Positions 41,699-61,044 of a DNA stretch of 64,000 bases are shown here, in pieces. The notes below the pieces were generated by a model. That model was not told the DNA's origin. It made no database searches and saw only the letters and a list, made by a program, of their open reading frames with translations. The position numbers and the translations under genes were made by a program. This stretch comes from the human T2T-CHM13v2.0 reference genome, Homo sapiens, in NCBI RefSeq assembly GCF_009914755.1, contig NC_060948.1. The stretch is one strand, 5' to 3'. Every line of letters begins with the position of its first letter. The stretch's first letter is position 1.

Positions 41699-43803
41699 AG
41701 ATCCATATTTTTTAAATGAAAAAAAATTTCAAAGGTACTCTGCTTGGTACAATAATCAAATGTATAAACTGAGGAATAAAACATAACCATGAAACCTACT
41801 TATAACTGCATATGGAAAATACAGAGGATAATTTTTTAAATAACATATTTTGAAAGCCTTAACTAGTAATTTGAAGAGTTGGCATTTGAAAGGCCAGTAT
41901 GAATATACCTTCAAAGCAGCAACACAGGTTCCCCATGAGAACAAGCAAACACAGGGAAAATAAAAACACAAAGGTTCAATCTCTTCTGACCTTTGAAAGA
42001 CACAGCACAGACAGTGGTCCTTAGGACGAAGAGCAGGAGACCCCTAATTCCGTCACCATGGCGATAGGGCATAAACATTGCTGGGTGAGGGCACAATCCA
42101 CATTGTGAGGTCCAACTGCTGCCAGGAAGACAGGAGTGCTTTTACATAGACCGAAAGGTCATTGAAGGCTCAGAGTTTTGTTTCAAGAACTGAATCCCAA
42201 GCCCACACGTTATTAGGCTGCGCTTCTTAAAACAAGTTATGAGATGGGAAAAAGGGCACCCACAAACATACGTATACATTATGTATATAATAATATACAG
42301 TATCATATATATAATATATATAACCTATGTATAATATTGTTTTACATCCTGCATCTTATGTTATATATATGGTATAAAATATAATAATTGATAATATATA
42401 AGTTTTATAATTATACAATATGACATATAGTATATATTATAATTTATGACATATATAATATATGTTATATGTCACATATAGAATATATTATACGGTTAAT
42501 ACACGTATTAAATATAAATTATACATTATATATATTATATATAATATATCTGTTATATATAATACCCATTATGCATAATATATATATTATGTCTATGTTA
42601 TATATAGTATAAAACAACATATAATAATATATAATTGTATATATAAAATGCGACATATAATATATATTATATTTTATAACATATGTAATATATATTATAT
42701 ATTATATATAATACGTTGTATGTATAATACCTATATTAAATATATATTATATGACTATGTTATTAATTACATGTCACATGTGTTATATATTATATATTTT
42801 ACATAGAATATACCGGTTACATACAATATATACTATGTTACCTATAATGTATAATTTATTACATGTAAAATAAAGAATGCAATATATTATGTATAATTTA
42901 TAATATACAATATGTGGAATGTGATATATATAACATATAATATATGATATATGATATTCAGTATATGATATATAACATACAATATATGATTCCTAATATA
43001 TATGGTATACAATATATATTTTATGATATGTATTCTATATGTTTTATATTCTGTTATATATAACTATTTGAAATTATATATAACTGTATAATATTTTATG
43101 TAAATATGTACTATAATATATATAACTATATAATATATTATATATAACTATATATTATGTTACATATACTTTTATAACATAATTTACATAAAATATCATA
43201 ATATAATATATATTATATTATTTCATATTACATAATATATATTACATATCACCCAATATAACTAACATACATAATATTATAATATAGATTATATTGTGTT
43301 ATATTAAATATCATATATATCATGTATCATATATTCTATAATATATATTACACATTATATAATATGTATGTTGTCTATTATGTGATATATATAACTATAT
43401 ATATAATTATATTTTTATACATATAACTAGATAAACTTGTAATTCTACATATTTTCATTTATAATATGTAGAATTATATAATCATATATAATTATTTATA
43501 TTCTATAAAAAATTTTATCATTATATAAATTATAATATATAAAAATTATAATATGTACTACAAATATATATATTATATATCATATATGATATAGTACCTT
43601 TGTTATATTTCATAATACATATAAATGTGTATTATGTTATCTATAATTATATAATTTCATATATAAGATGTATAATATGTATCATATATTATATATGTTA
43701 TGTAATATATATAGTATATATAAGATGACACAGGATAAATATTATATACTATGACATATAAAATATATGAGGTTATATGTTACATATAAGGCATAGCACA
43801 TAA

Positions 43804-44118
<315 letters not shown>

Positions 44119-46222
44119 AGATCCATATTTTTTAAATGAAAAAAAATTTCAAAGGTACTCTGCTTGGTACAATAATCAAATGTATAAACTGAGGAATAAA
44201 ACATAACCATGAAACCTACTTATAACTGCATATGGAAAATACAGAGGATAATTTTTTAAATAACATATTTTGAAAGCTTTAACTAGTAATTTGAATAGCT
44301 GGCATTTGAAAGGCCAGTATGAATATACCTTCAAAGCAGCAACACAGGTTCCCCATGAGAAAAAGCAAACACAGGGAAAATAAAAACACAAAGGTTCAAT
44401 CTCTTCTGACCTTTGAAAGACACAGCACAGACAGTGGTCCTTAGGACGAAGAGCAGGAGACCCCTAATTCCGTCACCATGGCGATAGGGCATAAACATTG
44501 CTGGGTGAGGGCACAATCCACATTGTGAGGTCCAACTGCTGCCAGGAAGACAGGAGTGCTTTTACATAGACCGAAAGGTCATTGAAGGCTCAGAGTTTTC
44601 TTTCAAGAACTGAATCCCAAGCCCACACGTTATTAGGCTGCGCTTCTTAAAACAAGTTATGAGATGGGAAAAAGGGCACCCACAAACATACGTATACATT
44701 ATGTATATAATAATATACAGTATCATATATATAATATATATAACCTATGTATAATATTGTTTTACATCCTGCATCTTATGTTATATATATTGTATAAAAT
44801 ATAATAATTGATAATATATAAGTTTTATAATTATACAATATGACATATAGTATATATTATAATTTATGACATATATAATATATGTTATATGTCATATATA
44901 GAATATATTATACGGTTAATATACGTATTAAATATAAATTATATATTATATATATTATATATAATATATCTGTTATATATAATACCCATTATGCATAATA
45001 TATATATTATGTCTATGTTATATATAGTATAAAACAACATATAATAATATATAATTGTATATATAAAATGCGACATATAATATATATTATATTTTATAAC
45101 ATATGTAATATATATTATATATTATATATAATACGTTGTATGTATAATACCTATATTAAATATATATTATATGACTATGTTATTAATTACATGTCACATG
45201 TGTTATATATTATATATTTTACATAGAATATACCGGTTACATACAATATATACTATGTTACCTATAATGTATAATTTATTACATGTAAAATAAAGAATGC
45301 AATATATTATGTAAAATTTATAATATACCATATGTGGAATGTGATATATATAACATATAATATATGATATATGATGTCAAGTATATGATATATAACATAC
45401 AATATATGATTCCTAATATATATGGTATACAATATATATTTTATGATATGTATTCTATATGTTTTATATTCTGTTATATATAACTATTTGAAATTATATA
45501 TAACTGTATAATATTTTATGTAAATATGTAATATAATATATATAACTATATAATATATTATATATAACTATATATTATGTTATATATACTTTTATAACAT
45601 AATTTACATAAAATATCATAATATAATATATATTATATTATTTCATATTACATAAAATATATTACATATCACCCAATATAACTAACATACATAATATTAT
45701 AATATAGATTGTATTATGTTATTATAAATATCATATATATCATATATCATATATTCTATAATATATATTACACATTATATAATATGTATGTTGTCTATTA
45801 TGTGATATATATAACTATATATATAATTATATTTTTATACATATAACTAGATAAATATGTAATTCTATATATTTTCATTTATAATATGTAGAATTATATA
45901 ATCATATATAATTATTTATATTCTAAAAAAATTTTATCATTATATAAATTATAATATATAAAAATTATAATATGTACTACAAATATATATATTATATATC
46001 ATATATGCTATAGTACCTTTGTTATATATCATAATACATATAAATGTGTATTATGTTATCTATAATTATATAATTTCATATATAAGTTGTATAATATGTA
46101 TCATATATTATATATGTTATGTAATATATATAGTATATATAAGATGACACAGGATAAATATTATATACTATGACATATAAAATATATGAGGTTATATGTT
46201 ACATATAAGGCATAGCACATAA

Positions 46223-46537
<315 letters not shown>

Positions 46538-48663
46538 AGATCCCTATTTTTTAAATGAAAAAAAATTTCAAAGGTACTCTGCTTGGTACAATAATCAAAT
46601 GTATAAACTGAGGAATAAAACATAACCATGAAACCTACTTATAACTGCATATGGAAAATAGAGAGGATAATTTTTTAAATAACATATTTTGAAAGCTTTA
46701 ACTAGTAATTTGAAGAGCTGGCATTTGAAAGGCCAGTATGAATATACCTTCAAAGCAGCAACACAGGTTCCCCATGAGAAAAAGCAAACACAGGGAAAAT
46801 AAAAACACAAAGGTTCAATCTCTTCTGACCTTTGAAAGACACAGCACAGACAGTGGTCCTTAGGACGAAGAGCAGGAGACCCCACTTCCGTCACCATGGC
46901 GATAGGGCATAAACATTGCTGGGTGAGGGCACAATCCACATTGTGAGGTCCAACTGCTGCCAGGAAGACAGGAGTGCTTTTACATAGACCGAAAGGTCAT
47001 TGAAGGCTCAGAGTTTTGTTTCAAGAACTGAATCCCAAGCCCACACGTTATTAGGCTGCGCTTCTTAAAACAAGTTATGAGATGGGAAAAAGGGCACCCA
47101 CAAACATACGTATACATTATGTATATAATAATATACAGTATCATATATATAATATATATAACCTATGTATAATATTGTTTTACATCCTGCATCTTATGTT
47201 ATATATATTGTATAAAATATAATAATTGATAATATATAATTTTATATTTATACAATATGACATATAGTATATATTATAATTTATGACATATATAATATAT
47301 GTTATATGTCATATATAGAATATATTATACGGTTAATATACGTATTAAATATAAATTATACATTATATATATTATATATAATATATCTGTTATATATAAT
47401 ACCCATTATGCATAATATATATATTATGTCTATGTTATATATAGTATAAAACAACATATAATAATATATAATTGTATATATAAAATGCGACATATAATAT
47501 ATATTATATTTTATAACATATGAAATATATATTATATATTATATATAATACGTTGTATGTATAATACCTATATTAAATATATATTATATGACTATGTTAT
47601 TGATTACATGTCACATGTGTTATATATTATATATTTTACATAGAATATACCGGTTACATACAATATATACCATGTTACCTATAATGTATAATTTATTACA
47701 TGTAAAATAAAGAATGCAATATATTATGTATAATTTATAATATACAATATGTGGAATGTGATATATATAACATATAATATATGATATATGATATACAGTA
47801 TATGATATATAACATACAATATATGATTCCTAATATATATGGTATACAATATATATTTTATGATATGTATTCTATATGTTTTATATTCTGTTATATATAA
47901 CTATTTGAAATTATATATAACTGTATAATATTTTATGTAAATATGTAATATAATATATATAACTATATAATATATTATATATAACTATATATTATGTTAT
48001 ATATACTTTTATAACATAATTTACATAAAATATCATAATATAATATATATTATATTATTTCATATTACATAATATATATTACATATCACCCAATATAACT
48101 AACATACATAATATTATAATATAGATTATATTGTGTTATATTAAATATCATATATATCATGTATCATATATTCTATAATATATATTACACATTATATAAT
48201 ATGTATGTTGTCTATTATGTGATATATATAACTATATATATAATTATATTTTTATACATATAACTAGATAAACATGTAATTCTACATATTTTCATTTATA
48301 ATATGTAGAATTATATAATCATATATAATTATTTATATTCTATAAAAAATTTTATCATTATATAAATTATAATATATAAAAATTATAATATGTACTAGAA
48401 ATATATATATTATATATCATATATGATATAGTACCTTTGTTATATTTCATAATACATATAAATGTGTATTATGTTATCTATAATTATATAATTTCATATA
48501 TAAGATGTATAATATGTATCATATATTATATATGTTATGTAATATATATAGTATATATAAGATGACACAGGATAAATATTATATACTATGACATATAAAA
48601 TATATGAGGTTATATGCTACATATAAGGCATAGCACATAACATTTAATATATTTCATATATAA

Positions 48664-48955
48664 TTTTTTTTTAGACAGAATCTTGTCCTGTTGCACAGGG
48701 TGGGGTACAATGACGCCATCTTTGCTCACTGCAACTTCTGCCTCACGGGTCCAAGCGATTGTCCTCCCTCAGCCTCCCAGGTAGCTGGGACTACACCACA
48801 CTGGGACTACACCAGCTGCCACCATGCCTAGCTAATTTTTTGGATTTTTAGTAGTGACAGCGTTTCACTGTATTGGCCAGGATGGTCTTGATCTCTTCAC
48901 CTTGTGATCCCCTTGCCTTGGCCTCCAAATTTGCTGGGATTACAGGCCTGAGCCA
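48664..48955 (-). mobile_element. Alu, copy 21
   Basis: Near-identical to copy 1; variant ATGACGCC. Confidence 0.92.
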
Positions 48956-51059
48956 AGATCCATATTTTTTAAATGAAAAAAAATTTCAAAGGTACTCTGC
49001 TTGGTACAATAATCAAATGTATAAACTGAGGAATAAAACATAACCATGAAACCTACTTATAACTGCATATGGAAAATACAGAGGATAATTTTTTAAATAA
49101 CATATTTTGAAAGCCTTAACTAGTAATTTGAAGAGTTGGCATTTGAAAGGCCAGTATGAATATACCTTCAAAGCAGCAACACAGGTTCCCCATGAGAAAA
49201 AGCAAACACAGGGAAAATAAAAACACAAAGGTTCAATCTCTTCTGACCTTTGAAAGACACAGCACAGACAGTGGTCCTTAGGACGAAGAGCAGGAGACCC
49301 CTAATTCCGTCACCATGGCGATAGGGCATAAACATTGCTGGGTGAGGGCACAATCCACATTGTGAGGTCCAACTGCTGCCAGGAAGACAGGAGTGCTTTT
49401 ACATAGACCGAAAGGTCATTGAAGGCTCAGAGTTTTCTTTCAAGAACTGAATCCCAAGCCCACACGTTATTAGGCTGCGCTTCTTAAAACAAGTTATGAG
49501 ATGGGAAAAAGGGCACCCACAAACATACGTATACATTATGTATATAATAATATACAGTATCATATATATAATATATATAACCTATGTATAATATTGTTTT
49601 ACATCCTGCATCTTATGTTATATATATTGTATAAAATATAATAATTGATAATATATAAGTTTTATAATTATACAATATGACATATAGTATATATTATAAT
49701 TTATGACATATATAATATATGTTATATGTCACATATAGAATATATTATACGGTTAATACACGTATTAAATATAAATTATACATTATATATATTATATATA
49801 ATATATCTGTTATATATAATACCCATTATGCATAATATATATATTATGTCTATGTTATATATAGTATAAAACAACATATAATAATATATAATTGTATATA
49901 TAAAATGCGACATATAATATATATTATATTTTATAACATATGTAATATATATTATATATTATATATAATACGTTGTATGTATAATACCTATATTAAATAT
50001 ATATTATATGACTATGTTATTAATTACATGTCACATGTGTTATATATTATATATTTTACATAGAATATACCGGTTACATACAATATATACTATGTTACCT
50101 ATAATGTATAATTTATTACATGTAAAATAAAGAATGCAATATATTATGTAAAATTTATAATATACCATATGTGGAATGTGATATATATAACATATAATAT
50201 ATGATATATGATGTCAAGTATATGATATATAACATACAATATATGATTCCTAATATATATGGTATACAATATATATTTTATGATATGTATTCTATATGTT
50301 TTATATTCTGTTATATATAACTATTTGAAATTATATATAACTGTATAATATTTTATGTAAATATGTAATATAATATATATAACTATATAATATATTATAT
50401 ATAACTATATATTATGTTATATATACTTTTATAACATAATTTACATAAAATATCATAATATAATATATATTATATTATTTCATATTACATAAAATATATT
50501 ACATATCACCCAATATAACTAACATACATAATATTATAATATAGATTGTATTATGTTATAATAAATATCATATATATCATATATCATATATTCTATAATA
50601 TATATTACACATTATATAATATGTATGTTGTCTATTATGTGATATATATAACTATATATATAATTATATTTTTATACATATAACTAGATAAATATGTAAT
50701 TCTATATATTTTCATTTATAATATGTAGAATTATATAATCATATATAATTATTTATATTCTAAAAAAATTTTATCATTATATAAATTATAATATATAAAA
50801 ATTATAATATGTACTACAAATATATATATTATATATCATATATGCTATAGTACCTTTGTTATATATCATAATACATATAAATGTGTATTATGTTATCTAT
50901 AATTATATAATTTCATATATAAGTTGTATAATATGTATCATATATTATATATGTTATGTAATATATATAGTATATATAAGATGACACAGGATAAATATTA
51001 TATACTATGACATATAAAATATATGAGGTTATATGTTACATATAAGGCATAGCACATAA

Positions 51060-51374
<315 letters not shown>

Positions 51375-53478
51375 AGATCCATATTTTTTAAATGAAAAAA
51401 AATTTCAAAGGTACTCTGCTTGGTACAATAATCAAATGTATAAACTGAGGAATAAAACATAACCATGAAACCTACTTATAACTGCATATGGAAAATACAG
51501 AGGATAATTTTTTAAATAACATATTTTGAAAGCCTTAACTAGTAATTTGAAGAGTTGGCATTTGAAAGGCCAGTATGAATATACCTTCAAAGCAGCAACA
51601 CAGGTTCCCCATGAGAAAAAGCAAACACAGGGAAAATAAAAACACAAAGGTTCAATCTCTTCTGACCTTTGAAAGACACAGCACAGACAGTGGTCCTTAG
51701 GACGAAGAGCAGGAGACCCCTAATTCCGTCACCATGGCGATAGGGCATAAACATTGCTGGGTGAGGGCACAATCCACATTGTGAGGTCCAACTGCTGCCA
51801 GGAAGACAGGAGTGCTTTTACATAGACCGAAAGGTCATTGAAGGCTCAGAGTTTTGTTTCAAGAACTGAATCCCAAGCCCACACGTTATTAGGCTGCGCT
51901 TCTTAAAACAAGTTATGAGATGGGAAAAAGGGCACCCACAAACATACGTATACATTATGTATATAATAATATACAGTATCATATATATAATATATATAAC
52001 CTATGTATAATATTGTTTTACATCCTGCATCTTATGTTATATATATTGTATAAAATATAATAATTGATAATATATAAGTTTTATATTTATACAATATGAC
52101 ATATAGTATATATTATAATTTATGACATATATAATATATGTTATATATCATATATAGAATATATTATACGGTTAACATACGTATTAAATATAAATTATGC
52201 ATTATATATATTATATATAATATATCTGTTATATATAATACCCATTATGCATAATATATATATTATGTCTATGTTATATATAGTATAAAACAACATATAA
52301 TAATATATAATTGTATATATAAAATGCGACATATAATATATATTATATTTTATAACATATGTAATATATATTATATATTATATATAATACGTTGTATGTA
52401 TAATACCTATATTAAATATATATTATATGACTATGTTATTAATTACATGTCACATGTGTTATATATTATATATTTTACATAGAATATACCGGTTACATAC
52501 AATATATACTATGTTACCTATAATGTATAATTTATTACATGTAAAATAAAGAATGCAATATATTATGTAAAATTTATAATATACCATATGTGGAATGTGA
52601 TATATATAACATATAATATATGATATATGATGTCAAGTATATGATATATAACATACAATATATGATTCCTAATATATATGGTATACAATATATATTTTAT
52701 GATATGTATTCTATATGTTTTATATTCTGTTATATATAACTATTTGAAATTATATATAACTGTATAATATTTTATGTAAATATGTAATATAATATATATA
52801 ACTATATAATATATTATATATAACTATATATTATGTTATATATACTTTTATAACATAATTTACATAAAATATCATAATATAATATATATTATATTATTTC
52901 ATATTACATAAAATATATTACATATCACCCAATATAACTAACATACATAATATTATAATATAGATTATATTATGTTATAATAAATATCATATATATCATA
53001 TATCATATATTCTATAATATATATTACACATTATATAATATGTATGTTGTCTATTATGTGATATATATAACTATATATATAATTATATTTTTATACATAT
53101 AACTAGATAAACATGTAATTCTACATATTTTCATTTATAATATGTAGAATTATATAATCATATATAATTATTTATATTCTAAAAAAATTTTATCATTATA
53201 TAAATTATAATATATAAAAATTATAATATGTACTACAAATATATATATTATATATCATATATGCTATAGTACCTTTGTTATATATCATAATACATATAAA
53301 TGTGTATTATGTTATCTATAATTATATAATTTCATATATAAGTTGTATAATATGTATCATATATTATATATGTTATGTAATATATATAGTATATATAAGA
53401 TGACACAGGATAAATATTATATACTATGACATATAAAATATTTGAGGTTATATGTTACATATAAGGCATAGCACATAA

Positions 53479-53793
<315 letters not shown>

Positions 53794-55919
53794 AGATCCA
53801 TATTTTTTAAATGAAAAAAAATTTCAAAGGTACTCTGCTTGGTACAATAATCAAATGTATAAACTGAGGAATAAAACATAACCATGAAACCTACTTATAA
53901 CTGCATATGGAAAATACAGAGGATAATTTTTTAAATAACATATTTTGAAAGCCTTAACTAGTAATTTGAAGAGTTGGCATTTGAAAGGCCAGTATGAATA
54001 TACCTTCAAAGCAGCAACACAGGTTCCCCATGAGAAAAAGCAAACACAGGGAAAATAAAAACACAAAGGTTCAATCTCTTCTGACCTTTGAAAGACACAG
54101 CACAGACAGTGGTCCTTAGGACGAAGAGCAGGAGACCCCACTTCCGTCACCATGGCGATAGGGCATAAACATTGCTGGGTGAGGGCACAATCCACATTGT
54201 GAGGTCCAACTGCTGCCAGGAAGACAGGAGTGCTTTTACATAGACCGAAAGGTCATTGAAGGCTCAGAGTTTTGTTTCAAGAACTGAATCCCAAGCCCAC
54301 ACGTTATTAGGCTGCGCTTCTTAAAACAAGTTATGAGATGGGAAAAAGGGCACCCACAAACATACGTATACATTATGTATATAATAATATACAGTATCAT
54401 ATATATAATATATATAACCTATGTATAATATTGTTTTACATCCTGCATCTTATGTTATATATATTGTATAAAATATAATAATTGATAATATATAAGTTTA
54501 TATTTATACAATATGACATATAGTATATATTATAATTTATGACATATATAATATATGTTATATGTCATATATAGAATATATTATACGGTTAATATACGTA
54601 TTAAATATAAATTATACATTATATATATTATATATAATATATCTGTTATATATAATACCCATTATGCATAATATATATATTATGTCTATGTTATATATAG
54701 TATAAAACAACATATAATAATATATAATTGTATATATAAAATGCGACATATAATATATATTATATTTTATAACATATGAAATATATATTATATATTATAT
54801 ATAATACGTTGTATGTATAATACCTATATTAAATATATATTATATGACTATGTTATTGATTACATGTCACATGTGTTATATATTATATATTTTACATAGA
54901 ATATACCGGTTACATACAATATATACCATGTTACCTATAATGTATAATTTATTACATGTAAAATAAAGAATGCAATATATTATGTATAATTTATAATATA
55001 CAATATGTGGAATGTGATATATATAACATATAATATATGATATATGATATACAGTATATGATATATAACATACAATATATGATTCCTAATATATATGGTA
55101 TACAATATATATTTTATGATATGTATTCTATATGTTTTATATTCTGTTATATATAACTATTTGAAATTATATATAACTGTATAATATTTTATGTAAATAT
55201 GTAATATAATATATATAACTATATAATATATTATATATAACTATATATTATGTTATATATACTTTTATAACATAATTTACATAAAATATCATAATATAAT
55301 ATATATTATATTATTTCATATTACATAATATATATTACATATCACCCAATATAACTAACATACATAATATTATAATATAGATTATATTGTGTTATATTAA
55401 ATATCATATATATCATGTATCATATATTCTATAATATATATTACACATTATATAATATGTATGTTGTCTATTATGTGATATATATAACTATATATATAAT
55501 TATATTTTTATACATATAACTAGATAAACATGTAATTCTACATATTTTCATTTATAATATGTAGAATTATATAATCATATATAATTATTTATATTCTATA
55601 AAAAATTTTATCATTATATAAATTATAATATATAAAAATTATAATATGTACTAGAAATATATATATTATATATCATATATGATATAGTACCTTTGTTATA
55701 TTTCATAATACATATAAATGTGTATTATGTTATCTATAATTATATAATTTCATATATAAGATGTATAATATGTATCATATATTATATATGTTATGTAATA
55801 TATATAGTATATATAAGATGACACAGGATAAATATTATATACTATGACATATAAAATATATGAGGTTATATGCTACATATAAGGCATAGCACATAACATT
55901 TAATATATTTCATATATAA

Positions 55920-56211
55920 TTTTTTTTTAGACAGAATCTTGTCCTGTTGCACAGGGTGGGGTACAATGACGCCATCTTTGCTCACTGCAACTTCTGCCTC
56001 ACGGGTCCAAGCGATTGTCCTCCCTCAGCCTCCCAGGTAGCTGGGACTACACCACACTGGGACTACACCAGCTGCCACCATGCCTAGCTAATTATTTGGA
56101 TTTTTAGTAGTGACAGCGTTTCACTGTATTGGCCAGGATGGTCTTGATCTCTTCACCTTGTGATCCCCTTGCCTTGGCCTCCAAATTTGCTGGGATTACA
56201 GGCCTGAGCCA
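55920..56211 (-). mobile_element. Alu, copy 24
   Basis: Near-identical to copy 1; variants ATGACGCC and CTAATTATTTGG. Confidence 0.92.
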
Positions 56212-58339
56212 AGATCCATATTTTTTAAATGAAAAAAAATTTCAAAGGTACTCTGCTTGGTACAATAATCAAATGTATAAACTGAGGAATAAAACATAAC
56301 CATGAAACCTACTTATAACTGCATATGGAAAATACAGAGGATAATTTTTTAAATAACATATTTTGAAAGCCTTAACTAGTAATTTGAAGAGTTGGCATTT
56401 GAAAGGCCTGTATGAATATACCTTCAAAGCAGCAACACAGGTTCCCCATGAGAAAAAGCAAACACAGGGAAAATAAAAACACAAAGGTTCAATCTCTTCT
56501 GACCTTTGAAAGACACAGCACAGACAGTGGTCCTTAGGACGAAGAGCAGGAGACCCCACTTCCGTCACCATGGCGATAGGGCATAAACATTGCTGGGTGA
56601 GGGCACAATCCACATTGTGAGGTCCAACTGCTGCCAGGAAGACAGGAGTGCTTTTACATAGACCGAAAGGTCATTGAAGGCTCAGAGTTTTGTTTCAAGA
56701 ACTGAATCCCAAGCCCACACGTTATTAGGCTGCGCTTCTTAAAACAAGTTATGAGATGGGAAAAAGGGCACCCACAAACATACGTATACATTATGTATAT
56801 AATAATATACAGTATCATATATATAATATATATAACCTATGTATAATATTGTTTTACATCCTGCATCTTATGTTATATATATTGTATAAAATATAATAAT
56901 TGATAATATATAAGTTTATATTTATACAATATGACATATAGTATATATTATAATTTATGACATATATAATATATGTTATATGTCATATATAGAATATATT
57001 ATACGGTTAATATACGTATTAAATATAAATTATACATTATATATATTATATATAATATATCTGTTATATATAATACCCATTATGCATAATATATATATTA
57101 TGTCTATGTTATATATAGTATAAAACAACATATAATAATATATAATTGTATATATAAAATGCGACATATAATATATATTATATTTTATAACATATGAAAT
57201 ATATATTATATATTATATATAATACGTTGTATGTATAATACCTATATTAAATATATATTATATGACTATGTTATTGATTACATGTCACATGTGTTATATA
57301 TTATATATTTTACATAGAATATACCGGTTACATACAATATATACCATGTTACCTATAATGTATAATTTATTACATGTAAAATAAAGAATGCAATATATTA
57401 TGTATAATTTATAATATACAATATGTGGAATGTGATATATATAACATATAATATATGATATATGATATACAGTATATGATATATAACATACAATATATGA
57501 TTCCTAATATATATGGTATACAATATATATTTTATGATATGTATTCTATATGTTTTATATTCTGTTATATATAACTATTTGAAATTATATATAACTGTAT
57601 AATATTTTATGTAAATATGTAATATAATATATATAACTATATAATATATTATATATAACTATATATTATGTTATATATACTTTTATAACATAATTTACAT
57701 AAAATATCATAATATAATATATATTATATTATTTCATATTACATAATATATATTACATATCACCCAATATAACTAACATACATAATATTATAATATAGAT
57801 TATATTGTGTTATATTAAATATCATATATATCATGTATCATATATTCTATAATATATATTACACATTATATAATATGTATGTTGTCTATTATGTGATATA
57901 TATAACTATATATATAATTATATTTTTATACATATAACTAGATAAACATGTAATTCTACATATTTTCATTTATAATATGTAGAATTATATAATCATATAT
58001 AATTATTTATATTCTATAAAAAATTTTATCATTATATAAATTATAATATATAAAAATTATAATATGTACTACAAATATATATATATTGTATATCATATAT
58101 GATATAGTACCTTTGTTATATATCATAATACATATAAATGTGTATTATGTTATCTATAATTATATAATTTCATATATAAGATGTATAATATGTATCATAT
58201 ATTATATATGTTATGTAATATATATAGTATATATAAGATGACACAGGATAAATATTATATACTATGACATATTAAATATATGAGGTTATATGTTACATAT
58301 AAGGCATAGCACATAACATGTAATATATATCATATATAA

Positions 58340-58631
58340 TTTTTTTTTAGACAGAATCTTGTCCTGTTGCACAGGGTGGGGTACAATGGCGCCATCTTTG
58401 CTGACTGCAAATTCTGCCTCACGGGTCCAAGCGATTGTCCTCCCTCAGCCTCCCAGGTAGCTGGGACTACACCACACTGGGACTACACCAGCTGCCACCA
58501 TGCCTAGCTAATTTTTTGGATTTTTAGTAGTGACAGCGTTTCACTGTATTGGCCAGGATGGTCTTGATCTCTTCACCTTGTGATCCCCTTGCCTTGGCCT
58601 CCAAATTTGCTGGGATTACAGGCCTGAGCCA
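58340..58631 (-). mobile_element. Alu, copy 25
   Basis: Near-identical to copy 1; variant CTGACTGCAAATT. Confidence 0.92.
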
Positions 58632-60729
58632 AGATCCATATTTTTTAAATGAAAAAAAATTTCAAAGGTACTCTGCTTGGTACAATAATCAAATGTATAA
58701 ACTGAGGAATAAAACATAACCATGAAACCTACTTATAACTGCATATGGAAAATACAGAGGATAATTTTTTAAATAACATATTTTGAAAGCCTTAACTAGT
58801 AATTTGAAGAGTTGGCATTTGAAAGGCCAGTATGAATATACCTTCAAAGCAGCAACACAGGTTCCCCATGAGAAAATGCAAACACAGGGAAAATAAAAAC
58901 ACAAAGGTTCAATCTCTTCTGACCTTTGAAAGACACAGCACAGACAGTGGTCCTTAGGACGAAGAGCAGGAGACCCCTAATTCCGTCACCATGGCGATAG
59001 GGCATAAACATTGCTGGGTGAGGGCACAATCCACATTGTGAGGTCCAACTGCTGCCAGGAAGACAGGAGTGCTTTTACGTAGACCGAAAGGTCATTGAAG
59101 GCTCAGAGTTTTGTTTCAAGAACTGAATCCCAAGCCCACACGTTATTAGGCTGCGCTTCTTAAAACAAGTTATGAGATGGGAAAAAGGGCACCCACAAAC
59201 ATACGTATACATTATGTATATAATAATATACAGTATCATATATATAATATATATAACCTATGTATAATATTGTTTTACATCCTGCATCTTATGTTATATA
59301 TATTGTATAAAATATAATAATTGATAATATATAAGTTTTATAATTATACAATATGACATATAGTATATATTATAATTTATGACATATATAATATATGTTA
59401 TATGTCATATATAGAATATATTATACGGTTAATATACGTATTAAATATAAATTATACATTATATATATTATATATAATATATCTGTTATATATAATACCC
59501 ATTATGCATAATATATATATTATGTCTATGTTATATATAGTATAAAACAACATATAATAATATATAATTGTATATATAAAATGCGACATATAATATATAT
59601 TATATTTTATAACATATGTAATATATATTATATATAATACGTTGTATGTATAATACCTATATTAAATATATATTATATGACTATGTTATTAATTACATGT
59701 CACATGTGTTATATATTATATATTTTACATAGAATATACCGGTTACATACAATATATACTATGTTACCTATAATGTATAATTTATTACATGTAAAATAAA
59801 GAATGCAATATATTATGTAAAATTTATAATATACAATATGTGGAATGTGATATATATAACATATAATATATGATATATGATATACAGTATATGATATATA
59901 ACATACAATATATGATTCCTAATATATATCGTATACAATATATATTTTATGATATGTATTCTATATGTTTTATATTCTGTTATATTTAACTATTTGAAAT
60001 TATATATAACTGTATAATATTTTATGTAAATATGTAATATAATATATATAACTATATAATATATTATATATAACTATATATTATGTTATATATACTTTTA
60101 TAACATAATTTACATAAAATATCATAATATAATATATATTATATTATTTCATATTACATAATATATATTACATATCACCCAATATAACTAACATACATAA
60201 TATTATAATATAGATTATATTGTGTTATATTAAATATCATATATATCATGTATCATATATTCTATAATATATATTACACATTATATAATATGTATGTTGT
60301 CTATTATGTGATATATATAACTATATATATAATTATATTTTTATACATATAACTAGATAAACATGTAATTCTACATATTTTCATTTATAATATGTAGAAT
60401 TATATAATCATATATAATTATTTATATTCTATAAAAAATTTTATCATTATATAAATTATAATATATAAAAATTATAATATGTACTACAAATATATATATT
60501 ATATATCATATATGATATAGTACCTTTGTTATATATCATAATACATATAAATGTGTATTATGTTATCTATAATTATATAATTTCATATATAAGATATATA
60601 ATATGTATCATATATTATATATGTTATGTAATATATATAGTATATATAAGATGACACAGGATAAATATTATATACTATGACATATTAAATATATGAGGTT
60701 ATATGTTACATATAAGGCATAGCACATAA

Positions 60730-61044
<315 letters not shown>
